Positions 27,234 through 39,206 are shown, counted from the first letter of the stretch. The stretch is 64,000 nt of DNA from Octopus sinensis (GCF_006345805.1 NC_042999.1:46934001-46998000); one strand, 5' to 3'. Notes: a model not told the origin generated them from the letters alone. Program-made: numbers and translations.

Positions 27234-27277
<44 letters not shown>

Positions 27278-28724
27278 ATTTTATTTATAAATAATGTACT
27301 GAATTTAATATTCTATGAAGATCTTCAGTTAGTATTCGTAAACCTACTCTTGTAATATATTCATATATTTTCGTTATATATCATTTTTCTCATTAGCATA
27401 GTAAAATTTTTGTCTATAGACGTGGGAAATTTATCTTTACTGAATATTAAGTAAAATCTCTTCTGTTGACATAGTCACGGGTTATATATTTTAGAAACGA
27501 ATTTGTAAATATTTTGTAACTACACCTCTGCAGATCAATTTATTTTCGGAATTCCTAAGCCATTCACTAAAACTTCGTTGAATACACAAGCGCTAAATAT
27601 ATTCGTCGACCATTCCAAGAATTGCTTCACGAACTATATTGAATAATGATTTTGAACATAACATTATTAATTTGCATATATTACCACGACTGGACCAAAT
27701 CTCAAATCTCTGACAACGTAAATGTGTTTCAGAGTGTAGTATATATTCTGGATATGCCTGCTGTACAGAGCGTTGAAGTATTGATTCCTCAAAAGGTCAT
27801 ACATCTCTACTGATTGAAGATCAGAATGTAAGCTAACGAAAGTGTAAGCTTTTGTGATTTTGTAAAATTTCGATTTTAACTTGTTATAGATAAGTAAGTG
27901 ATCAGGAAATTCCCTTATATTAAACTTCTATGTCGCCCTGTACACATGGATATGTAAGTTTTGCGATGCTAGATATATTCACACTCACACATCAAATCAT
28001 AACAATTATACAGATAGTTCATTTGAGTTTGGCAAAATATGCAAAAATCTTCTATTGGACTTTAACCAATTAATGGAATATGCGTTCACTCCGTAAATTT
28101 GTAGATCTGTGCCACAGTAGAAATCATAAAACCATTGAAAGCTGTACACATACGCGCACTCCTTAAAACTACTTCCTATCTCTTACTCTTCCTAACAACT
28201 AGTATATACAAACTTGCACATACGCTCATACATACTCACATGCGTGCGTATCGCCCACACCCACTGGATTAAAAACTTCAAAGTCTTATATTAATGTAAG
28301 GATGATCCTGGATCTGTTACTGTCTCTTTATAAATAGCAAGGTCAATGAGCTTGGTGCATATATTCGAGATATTAGTTCCCGTATTAGAAATTGTTAATC
28401 TTTAAAATTATACATCAATAGTCGGGTGATCATCTTTTAACTTCCACACACATGTTTGTGTAGTTTGAAGGGCATTGTGCTGGTTTTAAAATATCTGTTC
28501 CATAATTTCTCATCTCCATTGAAGAAAGTTCTGTTGAAAAAAGAGACATTGATGTCCACTAATATTTTTACATCTAGTTTTGTGTTCTCATGCATACTTT
28601 ATAATTGCTTCTTGTCGGAAGTGTACAGTAAACAAGGCATGATCTACCGTACTTAAATGCCCAATATAATAGTTCTATACTGTTTCTTTTCTTTCAAGTT
28701 GATATGTTTTGTTTTATCTTTCCT

Positions 28725-29094
28725 TTTTTTTTATTTCAGTAATTACTTTGCGGCCATGCTGGGACACCACCTTGAAGGGTTTTGGTTTAAATCGAGCCCA
28801 GGACCTATTCTTTTTTTAGTCTCATACTTATTCTATCGTCTCTCTAGCCCCACCGCTAAGTTACAGGGACGTAAACACACCAACAGTAGCTTCAAACGGT
28901 GTGGTGGGGGACGAAGACATCCACAATGACACCCTCTACACACACAAACGTATACGACAGGCTTCTTTCAGCTTCTGCTAAACAAATCCACTCACAAGGT
29001 ATTGGTCGGCCTGAGGCTATAGTAGAAGACACGTGTCCAAGTTGCGACGGAGTGAGCGTGAACCCGGTACAATGTGACTGAAAGCAAGAATCTT
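28725..29094 (-). mobile_element. Degenerate SINE family A
   Basis: gcggccatgctgg...gctaagttacagggacgtaaacacacca...aaatccactcacaagg..ttggtcggcctgaggctatagtagaagacac. Head truncated at 29094. Confidence 0.85.
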
Positions 29095-29504
29095 ATTGCT
29101 GAAACCAGTTTGGTATGTTTGTAAATAATTCTAGTTAAAAACAACTACACGTTTTTCAAATTCAGATGCTTTTTCTAGCCTCAAAACAAATTCTCATATG
29201 TGTGTGCATGTGTGTGTGTGATCCTTAGTGTTTGCGTGTGTACATGGCGCAGGATGCTCATATGCCATCGTACATATGGCGGACACATTAATATGCGAAT
29301 CTAGTAATATAGTGACACGCTATTAATACTTTCGTACACACAGTGACACACACTTATACGTAACCATGGACACATATATAGTGATTCGTACGAGAAATCT
29401 GGCAGTATTCCCCAACGCTGACTTCATACACTCAGTGTTCTCTCCACTCACTCATTCTCTCTATCTCTATCCCTGCATGTATATATAACTACACACACAC
29501 ACAC

Positions 29505-29566
<62 letters not shown>

Positions 29567-29670
29567 TATATATGAAAATTTTGAGGTTTGAAAATGCACA
29601 GGAATTTGAAAAACGTGTAGTTATTTTTAAGTAGAATAATTTACATACACACCAAACTAGTTTTAACAAT
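29095..29670. repeat. Foldback: ~125-bp inverted arms (29095-29220 / 29545-29670)
   Basis: attgctgaaaccagtttggtatgtttgtaaataattctagttaaaaacaactacacgtttttcaaattc vs the reverse complement of the right arm, attgttaaaactagtttggtgtgtatgtaaattattctacttaaaaataactacacgtttttcaaattc. Confidence 0.9.
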
Positions 29671-30380
29671 TTTCTAAAAAAGTGGGGGAGTGGGGAGAAA
29701 GAGAGGTACTCACATAGTATTATGAATGAGTAGATATGTGCGTGCATGTACATATAATTATGATATATGAAGCCAGATCTACAAACTTGTGTGCCTATGT
29801 GTATATGTAAATAAAGACAAGTGAAAGCCATAATCATTGTTTTGATGTGATTTATGTAAAGATTTATTGGAGGAGTATAGTTTGCATACATCCGAATAAT
29901 GCTTATTTCAGGTTTTCGAGAATTTTTTGAACAAATACTTGATGGTAGAATAAAAGCGAATACCTGTAATATGAACTCCAAGACAGAGAGTAAGTAATCC
30001 GTCTTAAATTTGAGAATAACAATGTGGATGATTTTTTAAAAAAAAGGAAAATACGCTATAATTTGTTTTTTTTTTCTGAGTAAACAAAGTAAAACAACAC
30101 GTAAGATTTAATACATATTCCGCAACCTTTAGTAAATTTATTCAGTGAAATCAGGAAAAGTACAATATGTTAGTATCACTGATACCACTTTGGAAACTAT
30201 ACAACTAGCTTTGGGGATAGTAATGCAAATACGAAGAGCAAAAAAAAGAAAAAAACAATTTAAGATCAATACAACCTGCATAACACACGGATTTAAAATG
30301 CAAAGCTCATAAAAACTTGAAAGTTATATTTTATCCTCCAAAATTAAATTGCATATTTGAGACATAGTTAATATGTGTAC

Positions 30381-30384
<4 letters not shown>

Positions 30385-30455
<71 letters not shown>
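30385..30455. repeat. (AT)n microsatellite
   Basis: Direct reading. Confidence 0.95.
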
Positions 30456-30462
<7 letters not shown>

Positions 30463-30765
30463 ATGTATGTATGTCTATATATATTAACCCCATATACTTA
30501 ACGTAAAACACGCATCTATTTGACGGTGCAGAATATTCTCTGAAAGTGGCATGTCACCATTTATTAAAACTATCCACGAGGATTGAGGGTGAGTTATGTC
30601 TCACCTGACCATGACTCTAAATTGTCTTAACACTCGACGCTGTGGGAGAGTATCCTCCACCACGCCAACACCCATCTATCGCCAAATACATATGTTGTAA
30701 GCGCTAAGTATATGAGGAAGACACTGTTTATTACACTAGTGTTGCTTCTATTTCGTTTTTGATAT

Positions 30766-30837
<72 letters not shown>

Positions 30838-30889
30838 TGTATGTATGTATGTATGTATGTATGTGTGTGTGTGTAACTCTATATGTGTG

Positions 30890-32126
30890 TGTGTATTAGT
30901 CCACATTACTGCGTAAGAAGCATAGGGTCCCGAACATGCCAGTGTATTTGATCTCGGGTTACCTCCTTTTCAGGCCAACAGAGACGGACTGCTTTCGGTT
31001 TATCCCTCATTCTTCTTTGCCATGTCTACTTAGGTAATCCAGCTTTCCTTTTTCCTTCATTTTGCCAGTCTTGCACTTGTATTGCAATGTAACCCGTGAT
31101 CAGAAAAGCTCTACTTCGTTTTCAGAATTTCTTGTTTGATTTTAGCTTTTGTTGACGCAGATCCGCAGCTTACACTTTCTAACTTTGATGAGCTTCCAAG
31201 TTTCTGACTCGTAAAGAAGAACGGCCTTTACGTTGGAATTGAGGATGTAAAGGTTTGTTTTTTGCGAGATAGCTTTGGAGCTCCAGATTGGTCGAAATCT
31301 GTTGAAAGTATACGACGTCTTGCTGATCCTGCACACCACGTTCTCCTCTGTTTCATTCGTCGTTGAGATTTTGCTGTTACAGAAACTTTTCGCTTTCCGG
31401 AAGGTCTTCAAAGTGTTCATGGTGACAGGTGTTCAGCCTGAAAACTCCCGTCTTGTTCTAGTTCGTTTGGAGGCCCGTTTTCATTGCCTCTTCAACCAAC
31501 TTCAGGACCTTGGCTGCTTCTCCTGGTGGTTGTATGATAGCAGTTTTATATCACCTGCACAACAGAGATTTTCCAGTTGCTTCAGAGTTGTCCTAACATC
31601 ACTTACTTATGTTATCTAATTCAGTCGATAACTATTAATGTTATACCAAATTTAAACCCCTAGCGGTTATTTAAAAAAAAAATTAATTCTCTATGAAATT
31701 TGTGATAAATTGATCCAGTCGATAACTAGCAAAATATCATTCGTTGCAGAAGGCAACCTTGCCTTGCGCCAATTAGAACTGTGAAAGAATCTGTTATTTT
31801 GCAATTGTGGATGGCCTGGGATGCAGCATATTTATAAAGCAATTAGATGATGCTGATAATTTTGCGGGAGATACCGTAATGCAGCATTAGACCCCTGATT
31901 ACCCCCTTGTCCCTGATATCGAAGGCCTTTCTCGAAATCAACGAAGGCGGTGAAAAGCAGGCCTGCCGCAACTGACTGCTCGATGATCATGCACAAGGAG
32001 GCTATATGGATTGTGCAGAACTTATCTTGCGGAATCCTGTTTGCTTAGGCCTCAGTTTATCATCTAACGCTCTCTTGTACCTCTCCAGTATAAATCTGGC
32101 CAGCAAACTACTGGGGATGTGCAGTA

Positions 32127-32130
<4 letters not shown>
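30890..32130 (-). mobile_element. 5'-truncated, degenerate RTE-clade LINE (reverse transcriptase relic)
   Basis: Minus frames in order: LLHIPSSLLARFILERYKRALDDKLRPKQTGFR; FVDFEKAFD; HYGISRKII; GARQGCLL; LENLCCAGDIKLLS (YADD-equivalent); IWSSKAIS..NSNVKAVLLYESETW. These match RTE-BovB-type RT motifs. Confidence 0.9.
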
Positions 32131-32167
<37 letters not shown>

Positions 32168-32170
<3 letters not shown>

Positions 32171-32445
32171 GGAGTAAACACATAAATGTGAAACAAGGTG
32201 GAAAAAAGAGTACTCAAATACCAGTGGTAGAGTAATATGCTTTATTTTAAGCAGCAGAAAATTCAACAAAATCTGTTACTCTGAGTTTTCTCGTTGCCGT
32301 TCATCAGACAGTTTTTGCTAGAATGGAACTTATATATTAATTCAATCTATACTCTTACAAACGCTACACCTTTAAAAAGAAATGGACTTGTTTGATTGGC
32401 CCTCTAGAAAAAACGGTCAATCTTCGAGCGATAAACAAAAAGTAT
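32168..32445 (-). mobile_element. Penelope-like pLTR fragment between two (AT)n tracts
   Basis: Contains a minimal hammerhead motif (32266-32318). Assignment to PLEs rests on the known PLE-hammerhead association. Confidence 0.55.
32266..32318 (-). ncRNA. Minimal type I hammerhead ribozyme, degenerate
   Basis: gcaaaaactgt-CUGAUGA-acg GCAA cga-GAAA(a)-cuc a gag-UA|acagattttgt. Stem I has 10/11 pairs, but there is an A.A mismatch at the base of stem II and an extra A after GAAA. Confidence 0.7.
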
Positions 32446-32569
32446 ATATATATATATATATTATATATATATATATATAATATATATATATATATACATA
32501 TATACACATATATAAAACCATTCACACATGCAGATATATATATTTAAAGAGAGGAAAATTTTATAAATC

Positions 32570-32890
32570 TTTAACTTGTTTCAGTCAATCGACTCCAGAA
32601 CTAAGAACTAATTTTTTAAGTCTGATACTTATTCTATGAGAATTTTTGCCGAACCGCTAAATTACAGGGACGTAAACACACCAACAGCAGTTGTCAAGCG
32701 GCGAAGGAAGAATAATCAGACAAAAAGACACGCATATACAATGGGCTTCTTAACCAAATCCACTTACAAGGCTTTGGTCGGCCTGAGGCCATAGTAGAAC
32801 ACAATTGCCGAAAGTGCCAGGCAGTAAGACTGACTCTCGAACTATCTGACTGCGAAACAAACGCCTTACCATCCAGCCACGTCTGCACCT
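32570..32890 (-). mobile_element. Degenerate SINE family A
   Basis: ttgtttcagtcaa...gccgaaccgctaaattacagggacgtaaacacacca...ccaaatccacttacaaggctttggtcggcctgagg...ttaccatccagccac. Confidence 0.85.
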
Positions 32891-33456
32891 ATCCAAAATC
32901 ACTAGCATGTTATTATTGTTTCTTACAGACGCATTCAAACGTTTAACTGACAAAGATCTGTATTATTAGTTTAACCCTCCGGGCGCTGTTACTACAGCTT
33001 TCTCTGTTTATCTTTGACATATCTGAAAAGAAATCTTTTGCTTTGATGAAATGCAACCCAGCATTACATCCTTCCACTTCAATAACGTTCAGCATAGCAT
33101 AGGTGTTGTTCACACGATTATTTGGATCTAAGTGACTCTGGTCATTGACACTATATTTGAAAAATCCATAAATATAGTAGTATGTAAAATAGTTTAGCTT
33201 TTGTCGTGTTTCACAGTGAGATTTCCAGCTGCTTGATCGTATATATATTTTCAGGGACATACATATTAATTTACGAATTAAGAGCAGTTCTCGCTATGTA
33301 AAGCACCATCGGTCGCACAATCTCACAGTCTCACACAAAAACTGCATGTGTTTGGTTTAAACACTTAGTTAACGCTGAAGATTGTTCAGGGAAAGCTCAC
33401 CTCCCTACACGACGACCAGTGATCTCAGTATATTACTTTAGTGTGTGTTGTCTTAC

Positions 33457-33512
33457 CTTGTGTGGGACACCCGGTGTTCTTTAACACTCGGTGTCTTTTA
33501 GGTGAGCGTTCC
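33457..33512 (-). other. Candidate 56-bp exon
   Basis: cctttcag|G acceptor, AAG|gtaaga donor, one open frame ERSPKRHRVLKNTGCPTQ. Product unrecognised. Confidence 0.3.
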
Positions 33513-33604
33513 CTGAAAGGTATTCCATTGCGAATAGGTATTTAAACAAAGCACATACACTATGAATGTGTGGCCGATAATGTGTGTGTGTATGTATATC
33601 TATA

Positions 33605-33618
33605 ACTCTATATATATA

Positions 33619-33709
<91 letters not shown>

Positions 33710-33710
33710 A
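33605..33710. repeat. (TATC)n microsatellite
   Basis: Direct reading. Confidence 0.95.
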
Positions 33711-33905
33711 TTTATCTATCATTTAAATTCATTTATAGTAACGTTAAGGGTATGCAAATAAATCTCCGATTTCATTATACAGGCTACCGTCTATTCATAC
33801 TGACTTGTGAGTCAGATTTTCGGGGCTGCATCATGGTTATACCAATATGATATAAATATAAAAATAACAATAATTACAATTACACCAGGATAATGCTAAT
33901 AATAT

Positions 33906-34204
33906 GGATTGACTATCCAACTTCCGCAGAAAAAGCTGTCGATGGCGAGCCATTTGACTCAAACTCACATTCCTGTGATAACGCGTCAAGTGCTTTACCA
34001 TTATGCTAATTTGCCTACCGACAACTTCATCTGCAACTTTAGGATATATAAATCTAGCTTTATAAGGTGCTATCGTACGTTAAATTTGTCGCTGGGCAGT
34101 TTAGCTTAATGGTAAAGCACTTGACGCGTAATCACAGTGAGGTGAGTTCGAGTTTCATGTCTCACCGCCGACAGATTTTTCTACAAGATATGGATAGTTT
34201 ATCC
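33906..34204. repeat. ~300-bp imperfect palindrome with two divergent tRNA-like heads
   Basis: Centre CTAG 34054-34057; tataaa/tttata mirror; arms ggca..ttagc.taatggtaaagcacttgacgcgt.atcacag...gtgagtt.gagt...gacag.tttttct...ggatagt..atcc. Confidence 0.9.
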
Positions 34205-35910
34205 TGTTCATGCTATATTATTAGCGTTATCGGCGAGACAGCATGTCAGTGCCTTGACAGTTTTTCGCGAACAGGTAATGCCGCACGGATGCACTGCCAA
34301 GCCAGGGATTTCTGGTAAGTATCCAGGTACCCCGGCTCGAAAGTTCTCCTGAACAGGACGATCAACTGATTTTCATCGTAACCTAGGGTCTCCCCCAAGG
34401 CGTCTTCGACATAAATTCCACTAACCCGCTATAAAAGTCCACGGCGGAACTCCTGTTGCCGGCATTGCCCGCCCGAGAAAGTAGCTGAATTACCTGACGA
34501 CAGTCCAATTGCCAGCCCCCCAGCCTATGTCTCTGCTTGATCCAGTTACCAATGTCCATTAAGGAGTTAACTGTGGAAGGTAGAACCGGACGTGCGGTGA
34601 CCACACCTGTTCTCCTTACAGGTAAAACCAGAGGTGCCTCAACCTTAACGCGAGTTTTCGCATCCTCAGCCAAGGCATCCCTAGTCCACCCTTTAGCAGT
34701 TTCTGGCAGTAGAGAGAGCGCTTCACAAGTGGCTTTCCTCCTTTCCACAAAAAGCGGAAAAGGATTCTCTCCAACTTGTTCGTCCACAAATAGGGGCAAG
34801 GAACCACGGTCAGGTGGTAGGTGATAACCGACGCTATAAACACCTGCACCATCACCGCCTTTCCCAGCAAGTACAACGCCCTCCTAGACCAGGTTTGGCT
34901 TAGAGCAGTCACATTGCTGGCTACCTCACTCCAAGTTTTCTCTATCTGGAGGTCTGGCTCCAAGCAGACTCCAAATCAGACTCCAAGCAGCTTAACAGGA
35001 CCTTCCGTCCAACGCACCACGACGTTATTAGACGGCATCGGTTTCCCCCTCCAGGTGCCGAGTTGCAAACCGACCGACTTGTCCTTGTTAACCTTTGCTC
35101 CTGCCACCGCCTCTTCCACCACTGGAAGCTGGCCCTCATCCGCCACGATGATGGAGATGTCATGCGCATACGCCGTAGCTCCTCTTCCACAATAGATCAT
35201 GCGGTGTGCCCCCTAGTGCCTCCAATTTCCGCAGCAAAGGCTCAAGATCCAACACATACAAAAGCGTAGACAAGGGACACCCCTGACGCACTGAGCGCTC
35301 GATCCTTCACTTTTATGATAGAGTCGATGTCGCTATACAACGCAGCAATCCAACCGCGGAAGGTCGAGCCCAGGCCAGCCTTTTCGAGGACCGCCGCCAA
35401 GTACCGATGGTCGAATCTATCAAATGCCTTAGACTGGTCTAAATGTACCAGTGCCTCCCTACGCCAGAAAGCTTCCCCACCCTCTCTAAGTAGTTATACA
35501 AGAGGGCGGCCATCACCTCCCTTACATCAACTTCAGGTGGCACTTCTGTCACTCTTACTCGAGCATATCGTCTCCCTATGTAGGTTAGCAGAAGTAACAA
35601 CTCCTTCGTTTTCAGCGGACTCGCTACATACTTTATGTCTTCCCATATGGGAGCCAGACATTTTTCAATTTTGTACTGCTCAAAGTGATTAAATTTCTTT
35701 GTTGAAGGACAGTATGTTTTAAAAACAACTGTCCTTTTCAATTTTTCAACATTAGATGAGAGCTTTTCCTTTGATAGTCCGACGTTCTCAGCAGCCACCG
35801 CGGTAACTGCTGAAAATTTCTTAACTGGCTTTTCCAGTGAAGTTTTCTATGAAATTATTTCGACCGACATATTCGTTCGAAATAAATTTATACACAATTT
35901 AATCCCAGAG

Positions 35911-36161
35911 AACGGGAAACCTATAATATTTTTTTTTTCTTTTCCTCACAACAAGGACAACAGTACAAATCTCACACCCGCCGGTGGCGGGGTGCCACAA
36001 TAAAGCCTACAACGGCCAAAATTAAATTTTTCACACAATAATAAATTGATTATCCTCCCACCAAACGGGAAACCTATAATATTTTTTCCTCTTAATAAGG
36101 ATAACAGTTCAAATCCCACCCACGCTGGGGGAGGGGACACGACAATAAAGCCTACAACGGC
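35911..36161. repeat. 153-bp-period tandem duplication in the LINE 5'UTR
   Basis: aacgggaaacctataatatttttt...caataaagcctacaacggc at 35911 and 36064. Confidence 0.9.
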
Positions 36162-36293
36162 TTTAACAAGTTCAATATTTCAACAATGCACAAATGCAAA
36201 AATGGCTTTACACAAACAATTACTTTCTCCCGTCACCGGGGAAAAGGACAAAAATTTTCAAAGTTTAACAGTTCAACAATGTTCAACAATTCG

Positions 36294-36718
36294 AGGATCT
36301 TTTCGGTTTGAACGGCATTTTTTCTAGCGGTGTCATATGAAATTGTCACCCATAGTTATGACCCTAGTATCGATCGATTGCATTTCAATCTGTTTTAGGG
36401 TTGGGGTTAGTTAAGGTGAGGGTTAGGGGTGGGAGGAAGGAAGGGTATTTTTTTCTTCAGAAATATAAATAAACCCAATCTGTTTCTTAAATGAGGGACA
36501 TATTCATACGGCACAGAATGTTTTCACCTCAAATACAAGTCGTTGATTGGTTGAAATTGCCAAAATTGAAGAAAATATGTTACAAACTATAGAATTTTCT
36601 CAATAAAGCCAAGAGAAAAAGATGTTTTATAAACACATTCTACCAATATACGAAGTTTAAAATTTTTTAGTTACCTAGAAATTATGTTAAAAACTGCCGT
36701 TCAAACCGAAAAGATCCC
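36294..36718. mobile_element. MITE with ~24-bp TIRs and 6-bp TSD (AATTCG)
   Basis: (a)ggatcttttcggtttgaacggca ... tgccgttcaaaccgaaaagatcc(c). AATTCG at 36288-36293 and 36719-36724. Confidence 0.9.
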
Positions 36719-36875
36719 AATTCGAAAATGTTCAACAATAAACAGTCAACAATTTCAACAGAAAAAATAATCCAAGGTTCAACAAAACGTTCGACTTACC
36801 GCCAAAAAAAACACGTCTGACTACGAGACAGGTAAGGGAGCTACTTTATTTTATTAAATTTGCCATAAAGGTAGT

Positions 36876-37254
36876 TGGTACTCCGTCGGTTACGACGACG
36901 GGGGTTCCTGTTGAACCGATCAACGGAACAGCCTGCTCGTGAAATTAATGTGCAAGTGGCTGAGCACTCCACAGACACGTGTACCCTTAAAGTAGTTCTC
37001 GGGGAGATTCAGCGTGACACAGAATGTGACAAGGCTGGCCCCTTTGAAATACAGGTACAACAGAAACAGGAAGAAAGAGTGAGAGAAAGTTGTGGTGAAA
37101 GAGTACAGCAGGGTTCGCCACCACCCCCTGCCGGAGCGTCGTGGAGCTTTAGGTGTTTTCGCTCAATAAACACTCACAACGCCCGGTCTGGGAATCGAAA
37201 CTGCGATCCTATGACTGCGAGTCTGCTGCCCTAACCACTGGGCCATTGCGCATC
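36876..37254 (-). mobile_element. Full-length SINE family C with 13-bp TSD
   Basis: Reverse complement of 22174-22544. TSD ccataaagg[t/c]agt at 36863-36875 and 37255-37267. Confidence 0.95.
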
Positions 37255-37500
37255 CCATAAAGGCAGTACATAGAGTAAAATAGCTTGTGGGCTGGACACG
37301 GACATTAATAAGATGAATGATAATGATACAAGGATGATAAGGATGGGAAAAGACAAAAAGCGCCCGCCGACTTTTGCTTCTCTAAAACACTGTTCTTTTT
37401 AAAAAGCACTGAATGAGGTATTAACACTTACAATTTTACAATTATTCCAATTTATGGACTAAAAAGTCCATTACAAATAAAAACAATTTAACACACATAA

Positions 37501-37871
37501 TCTCTCTATATATAAAGCTGAAGTTGTTTGTGTGTGGCAAGTTTGGTAGCCTTCAACTAACATTATCTCCTCCAAAACTCCCCGGCGCAAGTTGACCAAA
37601 ATTGAGAGTATGATAGAAGAAGGATTGTTCTTCAAATCGGTCCATGTTAACGCTAAAAATTATTTACATCCAAAAGGTGCTTTTTTTCTATGAAAATCCC
37701 TATTTTTTACGATTTTTTGACTGCTGTTTCGCCATTTTTCGGTGTATTTCAACCAGAAGAATGTTCACTTAAAGAGAATAACAACCTACATAATGCAACA
37801 TTTTTACTTTTCAAAAATTCCAATTCTAAAGGGTTGAAATAAACCTGAGCAACGCCGAGCGATACTGCTAG
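37501..37871 (+). mobile_element. Complete short non-autonomous Helitron
   Basis: A|TCTCTCTATATATAAAGC...cctgagcaacgccgagcgatactgCTAG|T. Canonical A|T insertion, TC and CTAG ends. Confidence 0.85.
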
Positions 37872-37879
37872 TGAGGCGA

Positions 37880-38800
37880 TAAACCTGTTACACAAATGAA
37901 TCTTCAATCCCAATCAACTTTCTTGCCGCCTGTAGGCATTCCTGTAGCTGCAAGCTGGGGGTCCATAAACAAAATCTATACTCCTCCTTTGAGAAGGAGT
38001 CCATTATATAGTAGAAGTTCCTTTTTTCTAGTACCAGAGCAGCCACCTGTGGAGGCCACTCTGGACTACCAATACAAGTCGGGCCTATCAGTTCCCGACT
38101 ATTAAAGGAACTTTCTATAAAATTATCTATAGCTCCTCCCCTGACACAGATCACATATTCTTCAACATTTCCACTGGGAGGGGTTTTCTCCACCCCCCTC
38201 CGGTGGAACACGTCCCACCGAAGGGGTTTCGGGACATGCCGCCAGTGCACCAACAACCGCTAGCAATGCCCCGTTCTTCTTCTTCCTCCTTTTGTTTTCC
38301 TTTACAATGGGAATGTGGAGTTCCTCCGTCATGTTCGGAAGTCCTTCTTCCCCTCCCGCTGCCTCAGGATCCATTTGTTGGCAACCATTGTTGCCCACCT
38401 TCTTTCTTTTCTTCCCTTTTGTTTTTGAGGAAGTTACCTCCCTCTCGACTTTTTCCTTCCCTCCCTCCTCTCCCTCCAATGGGAGAGCAGGGGACTCCTT
38501 TTCGATTAGCTGCTCCAGGAACTTACCTTTGTCGCTGGGGCAGTTTTTCTTAATATGGCCCGATTCTAGGCACAGATGACACTTGAGGGGAAAAGGGAGC
38601 GTCCCTCAAGAATCACCGGATATATAGAACCGGCCATCTTTAGGAAATCTGGAAAAACCAGATCTTTGGCTGATTGGGTCCATAGGGCCAAAATTGCTTT
38701 CGACCCCACCAATCAGCCGCAGTTCCGGACCCCAGTAATAATTCCATTTGCATGCAGCCAATCAGAGCTCACCTTGACAATGTCAAGTTAACAGACACAC
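37880..38800 (-). mobile_element. L1/Tx1-type ORF1 C-terminal fragment with CCHC zinc knuckle
   Basis: VILEGR, then after a frameshift PLKCHLCLESGHIKKNCP (CX2CX4HX4C, 38543-38584), followed by a K/E-rich low-complexity region. Confidence 0.75.
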
Positions 38801-39206
38801 TCTATCAAGTAAATTCAAGACGGAAGAACGGGGTTGTAAGTCGACCGGTCACCAAGTTATGCCTGATTTTAGAAAGAGACAAGTAATTAGATAGATTTGC
38901 CTCTATACCTATTATCGGAATTTGTTAAGGCCCCATATGGTAAAGATGTAGATGGGAAAAATGTGAGTAGACGGTGATGTGCTAGCAATCCACTTCCCTT
39001 ACTGTTGTACAAAGTAAACAACAATACAAATAACTACGCAGAGTAAGCCATAGTTGAGACAAGAACAAGAAAAACAAACATTATTAAAAGATAAACACAC
39101 ACACGCACACACACACACACACATACACACATATATATATACATGTATGTATGGATATGTATATGTGTGTGTGCATGTAAGTTTATACAGGGGTTGTACC
39201 CAATAA

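Larger units (their letters stand above)
34225..36845 (-). mobile_element. Internally deleted L1/Tx1-clade LINE: 5'UTR + ORF1 N-terminus fused to mid-RT, ending in the zf-RVT region
   Basis: ORF1-like MAAENV...RRYARVRVTEVPPEV joined at ~35495 to RT: LERVGK, (KAF)DRFDHRYL, LYVLDLEPLLRKLE, AYAHD (YADD), GGLGMP, KSLAWQCIRAALPVREKL. No APE domain seen. Confidence 0.85.

Noticed and set aside
27733-27827. Exon-like segment with good splice sites (ttcag| ... |gtaagc)
   Set aside because: All three frames contain stops. A selenocysteine reading has no SECIS support.
34095-34170. tRNA-Thr(CGT) gene call
   Set aside because: Acceptor stem does not pair and the anticodon stem has two mismatches. It is tRNA-derived, not a tRNA.
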